NCBI GenBank assembly: GCA_036677365.1
Contig: JAVBWN010000015.1
Location: forward strand, 1-64,000
DNA: 64,000 bases
Reading direction: 5' to 3'
Origin: Acholeplasma sp.
GTDB taxonomy: Bacteria > Bacillota_I > Bacilli_A > Acholeplasmatales > UBA5453
The notes below the pieces were generated by a model that saw only the letters and a list, made by a program, of their open reading frames with translations, was not told the DNA's origin and ran no database searches. Positions 28,036 through 37,754 of this stretch are shown here, one piece after another; position 1 is the stretch's first letter; the number at the start of each line of letters is the position of its first letter. A program made the position numbers and the translations under genes.

Positions 28036-28776
28036 TTAATTTTTTAATAATATATCGAGTAACCCACGGAGGACCAAATGTTCATCCCGTTCAACTTCTG
28101 TATAACAGAGTGGTTTGATGATTTCCGATAACCCGCCAGTCATGATGACTTTAAAGTTGACACCCACTTCTTTTTGGATGCGTTCGATCAACCCATCGAC
28201 TTGAGCAGCTACCCCATGTGTCACACCCGATTGCATGCAAGCAATCGTGTTCGTTCCCAATACTTTGTTGGGTACTTCTAAATCAAATTCGGGTAATAAC
28301 GCGGTATTCGATACCATGGCACGCATCGAAATCATGACCCCAGGGGTGATGATGACGCCTTTGATGGTCGCTTTTTCCATGTAAATGTATTTCGTCGCTG
28401 TGCCTAAATCGACGATGAGCACTGGGGTAGGTTCATTTCTCGCCCCAGCGACCGCACAGATGAGGTCTGCACCTACTTCTTTCGGGTAATCGGTTTTCAC
28501 GTTGATGCCTGTTTTGATGCCAGGTCCAATCACCAAAGGTTGGATTTGATAATATTTGACAAAAAGCTCTTTTAAGGCTTTGGTCACAGGGGGGACAACA
28601 GATGCGATGGCTACTTTTTCAACCAAATCATTTTTGATGAATGGGTGTATTAAAAGATAATACGCATCGGCCGATAAATTCCGATCTGTGGCTAAGCGAA
28701 ATTTTTGTTCAATTTTTCCTCCAGAAGTGACACCAATTTTGACTTCGGTGTTCCCAACATCAATCAGTAATATCAT
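28036..28776 (-). CDS. coaX: Type III pantothenate kinase
   Basis: LIDVGNT, SVVP, EVGAD, VDLGTAT and TGG motifs. Confidence 0.95.
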   Translation of the reverse strand: MILLIDVGNTEVKIGVTSGGKIEQKFRLATDRNLSADAYYLLIHPFIKNDLVEKVAIASVVPPVTKALKELFVKYYQIQPLVIGPGIKTGINVKTDYPKEVGADLICAVAGARNEPTPVLIVDLGTATKYIYMEKATIKGVIITPGVMISMRAMVSNTALLPEFDLEVPNKVLGTNTIACMQSGVTHGVAAQVDGLIERIQKEVGVNFKVIMTGGLSEIIKPLCYTEVERDEHLVLRGLLDILLKN

Positions 28777-29702
28777 ACAAGTTCCTTTCTCGTGTAGTTA
28801 AGAATACCGACGATGATCGGTGTTCCAACCAAGACTGCAGCGAGTGCTTCCATAAGTCCATTGGTCATCGCGATACCATAGATGATCGAAATCACATCGG
28901 TGAATCCTGCACTGAAGATGACCGGTTTAAATATCGCAACCACGGATAACACCAAAACGGTATGGATGACGGTGGCTAATATAAATGACGATGGGATAAA
29001 TACATAACTGCCATGGTGTTTTTCAATAAACCAATAATAGGCTACTAAGAATGCTACCGTTAAGAACAATACCACTGGTGTGACGATGTTGCCAATACGC
29101 GTTTCTCTTTCGTTTGCTTCATCGGCCAACCCTGGTAAACTGAGTTCAATGACCAATGCTTCTGCGCGTTTCGCAGCCGCTTCCAATGGTTGTGCATCCT
29201 CAATGCTGTCCGCTTCGCCGTGGAGCACATAGATTTGTGCTTGTTTGGCATTGTAAGTAGACCAAGCATTCGCTGTGACGATGGCTTTAGACCCATAGAA
29301 TAAAGCGAATACCGTAACTAAAGATACCACGCCAAATAATATGACTTTACCCAATTTAACGGTTTCAATCTTTTTGAAGAGTTGAACCACTTCAAACGCT
29401 GCCCATGCGAACAACATTCTTGGTAAAATCGAAATCCATGGCAACTGGAATGCTAAGTCAAATGCGGTTGCGCCATAAATATAGGAAGCAATCATTGACC
29501 CCAATCCCATGAAAAATCCTAAAATGATCGCGTTTCGTCGATCCACTAAAAAAACACCAACAATCACTGGGATGTGCACTAAGGTAACAGATACCCCTGG
29601 CATCACGGTGATGAATCCGATTTGTGGTAACAATGACATGGTCAAAATAATCGTCACAAATACGGCTGTCAGTGTGAGTTGAAACAGTCTTTTATCTCTC
29701 AT
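28773..29702 (-). CDS. panT: ECF transporter S component, probably pantothenate (PanT-like), with insertion
   Basis: TLVHIPVIVG, SILPR and NGLMEALAA motifs; ATGA overlap with coaX. Confidence 0.7.
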   Translation of the reverse strand: MRDKRLFQLTLTAVFVTIILTMSLLPQIGFITVMPGVSVTLVHIPVIVGVFLVDRRNAIILGFFMGLGSMIASYIYGATAFDLAFQLPWISILPRMLFAWAAFEVVQLFKKIETVKLGKVILFGVVSLVTVFALFYGSKAIVTANAWSTYNAKQAQIYVLHGEADSIEDAQPLEAAAKRAEALVIELSLPGLADEANERETRIGNIVTPVVLFLTVAFLVAYYWFIEKHHGSYVFIPSSFILATVIHTVLVLSVVAIFKPVIFSAGFTDVISIIYGIAMTNGLMEALAAVLVGTPIIVGILNYTRKELV

Positions 29703-29806
29703 ATTTTCTCCTTTTTAGGCCACGAAGGGTCCCATAAGTACACCATCATTATAAAACTTTAGTGTTTATATTTCAACAAAAAAGGAACCCGAAGGTTCCA
29801 TTTGTT

Positions 29807-30580
29807 TTATCGTGCTAACCAGCCACCATCGACAGCCAGTGTAAAGCCATTGATATAAGCGGATGCTTCTGAGGCTAAAAAGACAATCGCACCCATCATG
29901 TCGCTTGGTAATCCCCAACGACCTGCAGGTATTCTTTCTAAAATTTGGCCTGCTCTAGTTTCATCGTCACGCAGTTGCTTGGTATTGTTGGTTGCCATAT
30001 ACCCTGGTGCAATCGCGTTGACGTTGATATTGTATTTTGCCCACTCATTGGCCATCGCCATCGTGATGCCTTTGACTGCCGATTTCGAGGCAGTATAGGA
30101 AGGCACACGGATGCCGCCTTGATAGGCCAACATGGAGGCTACCGAAATGATTTTTCCACCGGTTTGTTGTTTGACATACTGATTGGCACACGCTTGAGAT
30201 AAGAAAAATACCGTTCTGGCGTTGATATTCATTACGTCATCCCAGTTTTGTTCGGAAAACTCAAGGGCATCTTGACGTTTGATGATGCCTGCATTGTTCA
30301 CTAAAATATCGACATGTCCGAATGCTTTTACAGCCTCTTCAACCAACGCCACCAAATCGGCTTGTTTTGAGTTGATCAAGTCTTTTTTGATCCCGTAAAA
30401 ACGTTTGCCTAAAGCTTCAACGTGTGCTTTGGTTTCAGGCATATCGACATAATCGACACCGACCACATCTGCACCCGCATCGGCCAATCCTAAGCACATG
30501 CCTTGGCCTAACCCTGTGGATGCGCCAGTCACGATCGCGACTTTGCCTTTTAAACTAAATTGATCTAAGATTCCCATCAT
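29807..30580 (-). CDS. kduD: 2-dehydro-3-deoxy-D-gluconate 5-dehydrogenase
   Basis: SDR motifs TGASTGLG, NNAG, QGGIRVPSYTASKS and RIPAGRWG; follows kduI. Confidence 0.95.
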   Translation of the reverse strand: MMGILDQFSLKGKVAIVTGASTGLGQGMCLGLADAGADVVGVDYVDMPETKAHVEALGKRFYGIKKDLINSKQADLVALVEEAVKAFGHVDILVNNAGIIKRQDALEFSEQNWDDVMNINARTVFFLSQACANQYVKQQTGGKIISVASMLAYQGGIRVPSYTASKSAVKGITMAMANEWAKYNINVNAIAPGYMATNNTKQLRDDETRAGQILERIPAGRWGLPSDMMGAIVFLASEASAYINGFTLAVDGGWLAR

Positions 30581-30589
30581 TTTTCTCCT

Positions 30590-31426
30590 TTATTTTAAAT
30601 CTTTGGTTTGGATAAAATCCATGTCATCGTACGCTTGGTTTTCACCACACATGCCCCAAATAAACGTGTAATTGGTGGTTGCAACACCAGCATGGATGCT
30701 CCAACTTGGTGAAATCACGGCTTGTTCATTGGCGATGACGATGTGTCTGGTTTCATCGGGTTTTCCCATCATATGGAAAACGCGGTGTTCTGCTGGTAAA
30801 TTGAAATAAAAATACACTTCCATGCGACGCTCATGTGTATGACAAGGCATCGTATTCCAAGATGAACCCAATGCGAGTTCAGTCAACCCCATTTGAAGTT
30901 GACATGTCTCCAAAATTGCTGGATGTAAATACTGATAGATGACCCGCTTATTCATCGTGGATTCTGCCCCTACTGCACGCGGGTTGGTGATTGAAAACGG
31001 GATGTGTTTGTTTGGATATGTCTTATGTGCTGGCGAAGAGTTGATGTAAAATTTGGCTGGATTTTTAGGATCTACTGAACCAAATTCAATCGATTTTACC
31101 CCTCTACCCAAATATAAGCCATCTTTGTGAGCCATGTCTTGTTTGAAACCATCATAGGTGATATACCCTTCACCACCAATATTGATGATGCCAAGCTCGC
31201 GGCGCTGTAAGAAATATTCACTCGCCACATCTTTAGGTGCATCTAATGTCAACGTTTGATTGACTGGGTATACACCCCCGGCAATGATTCGATCAAAATG
31301 CGAATAGGTCAAAACAATGTCATTTTCGACGAATACCTCTTCAATCAAATACGTTTTTCTCAATTGGGTGGTGTCATAGTGTTTTGAATCTTCTGGGCTG
31401 GTTGAATAACGAACATTGAATTTCAT
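30590..31426 (-). CDS. kduI: 5-dehydro-4-deoxy-D-glucuronate isomerase
   Basis: RRELGIINIGG, WNTMPCHTHERRMEVY, SPSWSIH and WGMCGENQ motifs. Confidence 0.96.
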   Translation of the reverse strand: MKFNVRYSTSPEDSKHYDTTQLRKTYLIEEVFVENDIVLTYSHFDRIIAGGVYPVNQTLTLDAPKDVASEYFLQRRELGIINIGGEGYITYDGFKQDMAHKDGLYLGRGVKSIEFGSVDPKNPAKFYINSSPAHKTYPNKHIPFSITNPRAVGAESTMNKRVIYQYLHPAILETCQLQMGLTELALGSSWNTMPCHTHERRMEVYFYFNLPAEHRVFHMMGKPDETRHIVIANEQAVISPSWSIHAGVATTNYTFIWGMCGENQAYDDMDFIQTKDLK

Positions 31427-32247
31427 CGGTGAACCTCCTTTATTTTTTGAATAAAAGCCATACTTTCGGCGATGTCTTCGCCAGTGATTCCTTCAAAGAT
31501 GAAATAAGCATCTGGGTTGCTTTTTAACATCATGGGTAATAATTGTTCATAATCGAATAGGCCTTTGTTGAGCCCAACTTGAACCAATTTACCTTCTTTA
31601 AGTTGGTAGTTTTTTAAATGAAATACAGCGATATCATCTTTCAACAAATGCAGTGCTTCTTGTAAGATTTGGGTATGTTGACGATGGTTTCGTGTATTGA
31701 GTAAATTGTATAAATCAATGATGACTTTAACGTGTGTACTGTTTAAGTCATGGATAAAGCGTTTTAATGCATGAGGTGAAAAAATCACATGACCATAGGC
31801 TGCTTCTACGAGCACTGTTTTGTCGACTTTTTCAGCGGTTTCAACCAATGGCTTGAACACAGATAATACGTGTTCATAGGCCATTTGGGTATGATTTTGT
31901 TCGTGGTATGTCCATTGGTCATCGTTGTAAGAACCCGTTTCTGATGCGACATAAGGTGTGTTAAGGATGTGTGCGAGCTCTAATTGTTTTTGGAACCGAA
32001 ATACACCTTCATTGACTTTATTTTGATTGCTATGAATGGGATTAAAATAACTGCCTAACAGTAAAACCGCCACCCCTTGTTGTTGTGTGGCTATGGATTT
32101 AAATGCCTCTACAGTGAGGGGTGGTTCTGGGATTAAGGCTTTATTAACGACCAATTGGATCCCATCAAAACCATACGATTGAGCACGTTGAAACAGTGTT
32201 TTTGCATCCATTTTACCCATATCATGTGCTCGAATCCCAATTTTCAT
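31423..32247 (-). CDS. Sugar phosphate isomerase/epimerase (xylose-isomerase-like TIM barrel)
   Basis: IGIRAHD, YFNPIH, SETG, DLYNL and FHLKN pattern. Confidence 0.8.
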   Translation of the reverse strand: MKIGIRAHDMGKMDAKTLFQRAQSYGFDGIQLVVNKALIPEPPLTVEAFKSIATQQQGVAVLLLGSYFNPIHSNQNKVNEGVFRFQKQLELAHILNTPYVASETGSYNDDQWTYHEQNHTQMAYEHVLSVFKPLVETAEKVDKTVLVEAAYGHVIFSPHALKRFIHDLNSTHVKVIIDLYNLLNTRNHRQHTQILQEALHLLKDDIAVFHLKNYQLKEGKLVQVGLNKGLFDYEQLLPMMLKSNPDAYFIFEGITGEDIAESMAFIQKIKEVHR

Positions 32248-32966
32248 TACAAGATATCTCCTAAATAGCCAAGGCGACGTGAGATTTGTTTACCCACTTC
32301 AATGAATTGTTTTGCTATGCTTTGAGTATCTTCAATCGAGGTGTGTAGTCTTGAAATCGCGACCACACCACAAACACGGTTCTCAAAATTATATACAGGA
32401 ATGGCAATATTCATGACGTGGTTGAGTTCACCACCCAATTCACAACTATAGCCCTTGCTGATGATTTCTTTTTTACGTGGTTCTTCGATTCGGACCAAGC
32501 CTTCAATTTTCTTATCGAAAGCAACGTAACATTCACCGATGAAGTTATCGGTAAAACTGGTATAAATTTGACCCACTTCAACATGAGAAACGATTTGGCT
32601 TTGTGGCGACTGATACGCATGGACAAACACGATTTTATCCCCATTGATGCGTTTGGTTGCGAATGCGTTGCAACCGAATTCGTCAGAAAATTGCTTTAAA
32701 AGCGGTGCAGACGTGGTAATAAAATTCGAGTTTTTGGTATAAACCGAGCCAATGGCATACATTTTAGACCCAATGACGTATGTCTTTCTAAATGGGTCTT
32801 TATAATAGATGGCATCCGCTTTATATAATGTCTGTAAGAAATCATAAGCGGTGGCTTTAGGCATATCGAGTTCACGATAAATCTCGCCTAAAGTCAATCC
32901 ATCTGGATTTTTGGAAATCAATTCTAGTATGGCCAAAATACGGTTTACTGAACGGTTGTCTTTCAT
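32247..32966 (-). CDS. IclR-family transcriptional regulator (KdgR-like role)
   Basis: RSVNRILAILELI...LTLGEIYRELDMPKATAYDFLQTL HTH; IAIPVYN...AISR C-terminal domain. Confidence 0.9.
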   Translation of the reverse strand: MKDNRSVNRILAILELISKNPDGLTLGEIYRELDMPKATAYDFLQTLYKADAIYYKDPFRKTYVIGSKMYAIGSVYTKNSNFITTSAPLLKQFSDEFGCNAFATKRINGDKIVFVHAYQSPQSQIVSHVEVGQIYTSFTDNFIGECYVAFDKKIEGLVRIEEPRKKEIISKGYSCELGGELNHVMNIAIPVYNFENRVCGVVAISRLHTSIEDTQSIAKQFIEVGKQISRRLGYLGDIL

Positions 32967-32990
32967 AATAATGCCTTCTTTCGCTATTTT

Positions 32991-34007
32991 TTAGCGTTGA
33001 ACACGACCAGAGGCGTCTCCTTTAGCCAGTGTTTCAACTTCTTTTTCATCCACTAAGTTATAATCACCAAAAATGGTGTGTTTGAGGGCACTGGCAGCCA
33101 CAGCAAATTCCAATGCTTCCCCTTGGGTCTTCTTTGTCAATAAACCATGGATCAAACCACCTGAGAATGAATCCCCACCACCCACACGGTCAACGATTCG
33201 AATATCATATGACTTGGAGTAATAGAATGCATTGCCATCATAAATCAGCGCACTCCAACCATTGTCAGATGCTGAATGCGATTCTCTCAATGTGGTTGCG
33301 ACATATTTAAACTTGAACGTTTCCAACATTTCTTTGAATATGCGTTCATAGCCTTGGTGGTCAAGTTCACCTTTAGTGACATCGCCACCGGGTTTGAATC
33401 CCAATGTCAATTCTGCATCTTCTTCATTACCGATGCATACATCCACATATTGCATGAGGTCTCTCATGACTTTTTGAGCTTGTTCAGGGGTCCATAATTT
33501 CTTGCGGTAATTGAGGTCAACTGAGACAGTTACACCATGTTTTTTCGCTGCGATGCAGGCAGCTTTAGTGATGGCTGCACCATTTTGTGAGATGGCTGGG
33601 GTAATACCTGAAAAATGGAACCATTGGGCATCTTTGAAAATCTCATCCCAATTGAATTCTTCTGGTTTTGCCAGTGCGATGGCACTGTCTGCCCTGTCAT
33701 ATATGACTTTGGATGGACGCATGGAAGCGCCATGTTCTAAATAATATATCCCAATGCGTTCCCCACCACGAAGGATGAAATTGGTATGAACGCCAAATTT
33801 TCTCAATGAATTCACTGCTGCTTGCCCAATTTCATGCTTAGGCAATTTTGAAACAAAATAGGCATCGTGACCATAATTGGCCAAGGATACCGCGACGTTG
33901 GCTTCACCACCGCCATAAACCACATCGAAACCATCCGCTTGAACAAAACGATTTTTATCCACTGGGGATAAGCGTAACATGATTTCACCTAATGTAACAA
34001 TTTTCAT
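32991..34007 (-). CDS. kdgK: 2-keto-3-deoxygluconate kinase
   Basis: GEIMLRLS, GGGEANVA, DLNYRKKLW and DRVGGGDSF (PfkB family). Confidence 0.93.
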   Translation of the reverse strand: MKIVTLGEIMLRLSPVDKNRFVQADGFDVVYGGGEANVAVSLANYGHDAYFVSKLPKHEIGQAAVNSLRKFGVHTNFILRGGERIGIYYLEHGASMRPSKVIYDRADSAIALAKPEEFNWDEIFKDAQWFHFSGITPAISQNGAAITKAACIAAKKHGVTVSVDLNYRKKLWTPEQAQKVMRDLMQYVDVCIGNEEDAELTLGFKPGGDVTKGELDHQGYERIFKEMLETFKFKYVATTLRESHSASDNGWSALIYDGNAFYYSKSYDIRIVDRVGGGDSFSGGLIHGLLTKKTQGEALEFAVAASALKHTIFGDYNLVDEKEVETLAKGDASGRVQR

Positions 34008-34017
34008 TGGTTTCTCC

Positions 34018-34476
34018 TTATAATTTCACTTTAAATACGGCTTTTTTGACCATATCTTGTGTCCCATTGGACAACTTAGGCATGTGAAGTTCATCTTTGA
34101 AAACCATCGCGAACATGCCTTTGGTCAATAATACAGTTGAAAAATAGCCGAGGGATTGTCCCTTTTTGACATCTTTTTCAGGGTTATAAGCTTCCGTGAC
34201 TTGAAATTTTAAGTCATCTGCTTCGAGGTAACCCAATATTTCAGTGCCTTCCAAGACAAGTTGAATATCCCCATAGACTTGGTGAGATTCAAAATAACAC
34301 TGCATCAACGGTTTTGGTATGTAGTCTTCTCGAATCAAACGGACTTGATCCGTGATGACGTGGTTGCCCACAGGCAAATCTTTGATGTCATGTGCATGGA
34401 TATAATCAATCACGGTTTGAATATTCGAATTGAGCGATACATATTTATGCAAGTTTTTGATATGATCAACAATCAT
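34018..34476 (-). CDS. YhcH/YjgK/YiaL family protein
   Basis: FESHQVYGDIQLVLEGTE, YNPEKD, ELHMP and VKKAVFKV motifs. Confidence 0.88.
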   Translation of the reverse strand: MIVDHIKNLHKYVSLNSNIQTVIDYIHAHDIKDLPVGNHVITDQVRLIREDYIPKPLMQCYFESHQVYGDIQLVLEGTEILGYLEADDLKFQVTEAYNPEKDVKKGQSLGYFSTVLLTKGMFAMVFKDELHMPKLSNGTQDMVKKAVFKVKL

Positions 34477-34479
34477 CGT

Positions 34480-35124
34480 TTAAACCCCTTTTCTGGCTGC
34501 TTTCACGGCTTCAACAAAAGCCCTAGCATTATCTGTAACGGCCTTGAAGTCGCCTTTTTTGGCCGGTCCGGTGAGTTCTCCACCGACACCTACAGCAACC
34601 ACGCCATTTTTAATCCATTGTCCGACATTATCTAAAGATACCCCACCTGTTGGCATGATTTGAATGTTTGGTAGCGGGCCTTTCACTGCTTTTATAAATT
34701 CCGGACCAAAAACCGACCCAGGGAATAGTTTAATGATTTGAACGCCTGCTTTTAGGGCGGTTAACATTTCTGTGATTGTCATACAACCCGGCATGTAAGG
34801 TATACCGACCGAGTTACAATACTGTGCGGTGGCTAAATCAAACCCTGGGCTAACGATGTATTTCGCACCGGCTTCTATGGCTAGTTTCGCGGTAGCTTCA
34901 TCGAGTACTGTACCAGCCCCTAATATCAATTTTTCTGCAGGGATGCTTTCTGCCAAATGTTGGATGACTTCATCGGCTTTTGGTACGGTGAATGTCAATT
35001 CGATGGCTTTAAGTCCGCCTTCGATGCATGCTTCTGCAATTTTGGTCGCTTCTTCTTTGGTTTGAGCTCGTACGACGGCGACCACGCCTACCGCTTTGAT
35101 TTGTTCTAAAATGGGGTTTTGCAT
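34480..35124 (-). CDS. eda: KDPG/KHG aldolase
   Basis: VAVVR, IELTF, GAGTVLD, IVSP, IKLFPG and MPTGGV motifs. Confidence 0.95.
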   Translation of the reverse strand: MQNPILEQIKAVGVVAVVRAQTKEEATKIAEACIEGGLKAIELTFTVPKADEVIQHLAESIPAEKLILGAGTVLDEATAKLAIEAGAKYIVSPGFDLATAQYCNSVGIPYMPGCMTITEMLTALKAGVQIIKLFPGSVFGPEFIKAVKGPLPNIQIMPTGGVSLDNVGQWIKNGVVAVGVGGELTGPAKKGDFKAVTDNARAFVEAVKAARKGV

Positions 35125-35185
35125 ATCATAATCTCCGTTCAATATGATAGACACCTATCATCATTGTATTGCATTGGTATTTGTT

Positions 35186-36736
35186 TTACAAGGTACTATC
35201 GATAATTTCTTGTTTTTTAACGTGGATCAATTCGATGGGTTTGGTTGCTGCACCACGGATCGACACGTTTTTGATTTTAACTTCATCGACATGGTTAAAG
35301 TATAACCCTTGCTTGGTGCGTGGTTCTTCAAAACTCATCATGGCAGGTATGCCTGCTTCTGGGTTTTCTGCATACGTAAATTGGATATTTTCCAGTTCGA
35401 TGCTTTTAATGGGCTGTTCTGGGAGTCCATAGAAAAAGCCTGCTGCCACATGAACATCCTCACAAATCATATTTTTAAATCCGAATCGCCCCAAATAAGG
35501 TGTTCGGTCATCGATCGGTAAAGCTTCTTTTGACCACACATATTCGGTCTTGCCATCGTCATCACAGAAATAATACATATTCATCACCAAAGGGGTCAAA
35601 ACACCTTTCATGTAGATGTTATTGAACGTGATGCCATCGATGACGGCGTCTTTACCTCGGCCACGTCTGGTTTTGATACGTAACCCACGGTCGGTATCTA
35701 AAAAGTAACATTGCGACACTTGAATGTCTTTCATCCCACCAGACATTTCCGAACCCAACACCACAGCCCCGTGGCCATACTTCATCATGCAATTACGAAT
35801 GACGACACGTTCGCAGGGTTGTTTATATGTTTTACCGAGTTCAATTTTACCGGATTTCAAGGCGATACAGTCATCACCTACAGAAAAATCGATGCCAATG
35901 ATTCTGACGTCTTTACAAGACTCTGGGTCACACCCATCGGTGTTCGGTGAGTCTTTAGGTGATTCAATCTTTAAATCAATAAAATCAATGTGTTCTGAAA
36001 AATAAGGGTGTAAATTCCAAGAAGGTGTATTTTTAACCGTGACGCCTTGGAGTGCGACGTGTTTCGAATGGACTAAAAACAACCCATTTGGACGCCATGC
36101 ACCACGCATGACTTTGTGTTTTACCCACCAATCACCGTGTTGTGCATTGCCATCAAACACCCCTTGACCAATGATTTTCACGTGTTCAACGTTTAAACCG
36201 GTAATCATCGAAGCGTATTGTGGGGCTGCTACCCCTTCCCAAGATGCCAGTTCATAAAATGAACCATCGGGCTTGGTGAAACGGGCAGGTAAAATTGGGT
36301 ATTGTGCTCGATCCGTGAGGTATACCAAGGTTGCACCTTGGGCCAATTCAATCGTTAAGTGACTCTTTAAGAATATTGGACCCACGATGTAGGTGCCTTT
36401 GGGGATATAGACTCTAGCATAAGCTGGTGCAGATAAAATGGCGGTTTGAATGGCCATCGTATCGTTTGAAATACCGTCGCCTTTGGCACCAAAATCCATA
36501 ACATTCATCGATAAGGATTCAGACTCCGTTTCAAATGAAGCTTCATGGGTGCCAATACGAACGCGATAAGTTTGATTGGGTATCAAGTCATAAATAGAAA
36601 ACACATTGGTTTTTACGTTCTGTAAAACCAACGTGTCATTCAAAAACACGTCATACGCGCTCGAGCTATAATAAATATCTTGATTGTCCAACTCAAATGT
36701 AAAACTTCTTGAGGATTTAAATATGAGTTTAAACAT
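35186..36736 (-). CDS. GH28 polygalacturonase (no signal peptide; FN3-like N-terminus)
   Basis: GH28 catalytic motifs NTDG, GDD, GHG and RIKT all present. Confidence 0.93.
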   Translation of the reverse strand: MFKLIFKSSRSFTFELDNQDIYYSSSAYDVFLNDTLVLQNVKTNVFSIYDLIPNQTYRVRIGTHEASFETESESLSMNVMDFGAKGDGISNDTMAIQTAILSAPAYARVYIPKGTYIVGPIFLKSHLTIELAQGATLVYLTDRAQYPILPARFTKPDGSFYELASWEGVAAPQYASMITGLNVEHVKIIGQGVFDGNAQHGDWWVKHKVMRGAWRPNGLFLVHSKHVALQGVTVKNTPSWNLHPYFSEHIDFIDLKIESPKDSPNTDGCDPESCKDVRIIGIDFSVGDDCIALKSGKIELGKTYKQPCERVVIRNCMMKYGHGAVVLGSEMSGGMKDIQVSQCYFLDTDRGLRIKTRRGRGKDAVIDGITFNNIYMKGVLTPLVMNMYYFCDDDGKTEYVWSKEALPIDDRTPYLGRFGFKNMICEDVHVAAGFFYGLPEQPIKSIELENIQFTYAENPEAGIPAMMSFEEPRTKQGLYFNHVDEVKIKNVSIRGAATKPIELIHVKKQEIIDSTL

Positions 36737-36745
36737 GGCTTGCTC

Positions 36746-37273
36746 CTATTTTTTTATTTTTGTTATGATCAGATTTTTTGCAGTAATCCAAAGGTAATCC
36801 ATGAAGAGGTACACCAACCCAAATGTGATTGGGTCAATCCCACGGTTTTCAAAACCAAACATCAACATCCCAATGGAAGGGATTCCTATAAGCATCATCA
36901 ATTCAACAAAATAAACACTGGTGACCACCATGATGATGACAAACCCCAACGAAGCAAGGATGCTTAGGATTGAACTGCGCTTGATGTAAAATGGTAAATA
37001 TTTTAGTGTTGGTGTTTTATCGTTATGCATCCATACGATGACTTTATTCGAAATGAATTCTACAGCCAATGTGAGTATGAGTACCAATAAAACAAATCGG
37101 TCTAACACATCATAAGTATCGATCGATAGTGCCGTAAATGTGACGAAGAATGCTGCCCCTGAAAACCAAAATTTCATGAAGCCAATTTTGACACCTGGTT
37201 TAATATTGGCCAGTTTGTCAATCCCATAAGGGTTGAACCCCTCGTGGTCAGGCTTATTCTTCAATTTTGACAT
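36746..37273 (-). CDS. Hypothetical membrane protein
   Basis: About 4 TM segments; overlaps the upstream gene. Confidence 0.7.
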   Translation of the reverse strand: MSKLKNKPDHEGFNPYGIDKLANIKPGVKIGFMKFWFSGAAFFVTFTALSIDTYDVLDRFVLLVLILTLAVEFISNKVIVWMHNDKTPTLKYLPFYIKRSSILSILASLGFVIIMVVTSVYFVELMMLIGIPSIGMLMFGFENRGIDPITFGLVYLFMDYLWITAKNLIITKIKK

Positions 37274-37754
37274 ATTTCCAGTCCACATAAGCCCACGCAA
37301 ATAGCGTAGCAATCACATAAAACACAAATCCTGTCGCCATGATGCCCATCGACATGATGCTGTAGTTTTTCAAAGTATAATCTGTTCGGGTAGCGGCTTC
37401 AACCAAAAATGCATTCGAATACAAATAAACAAACAGCCCTTGAATCACATTCAACACCGTGAATAAAATCAAAGATATGGGTGAACGTTTTCTTGAAAAA
37501 GACATTGAATTGAAGATTTGTACCATCGCAATGATGTACATGGCGAATAAGTAGAAACCAACTTCTTTGGAGGTGAGTTCGTTGATTGCTGAGATGTGCG
37601 AACGGAAGACAAATCCGTTGGTTCTAAAATCGAGGAATAAGGTATAAATGAGTGACCCAATCACAGTGAACATCACAGGGATTTTGTATTTATTATAGCT
37701 GTACCAACGTTTAGTGAACTGTTGGAACGTTTCTTTTGGTTTTACACTATTCAT
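37254..37754 (-). CDS. Hypothetical membrane protein
   Basis: About 4 TM segments; start MNSVKP overlaps the ATPase stop. Confidence 0.7.
   Translation of the reverse strand: MNSVKPKETFQQFTKRWYSYNKYKIPVMFTVIGSLIYTLFLDFRTNGFVFRSHISAINELTSKEVGFYLFAMYIIAMVQIFNSMSFSRKRSPISLILFTVLNVIQGLFVYLYSNAFLVEAATRTDYTLKNYSIMSMGIMATGFVFYVIATLFAWAYVDWKYVKIEE

Noticed and set aside
29703..29760. Riboswitch or pan-motif RNA upstream of panT-coaX
   Set aside because: The leader is very short and I could not support a conserved structure.
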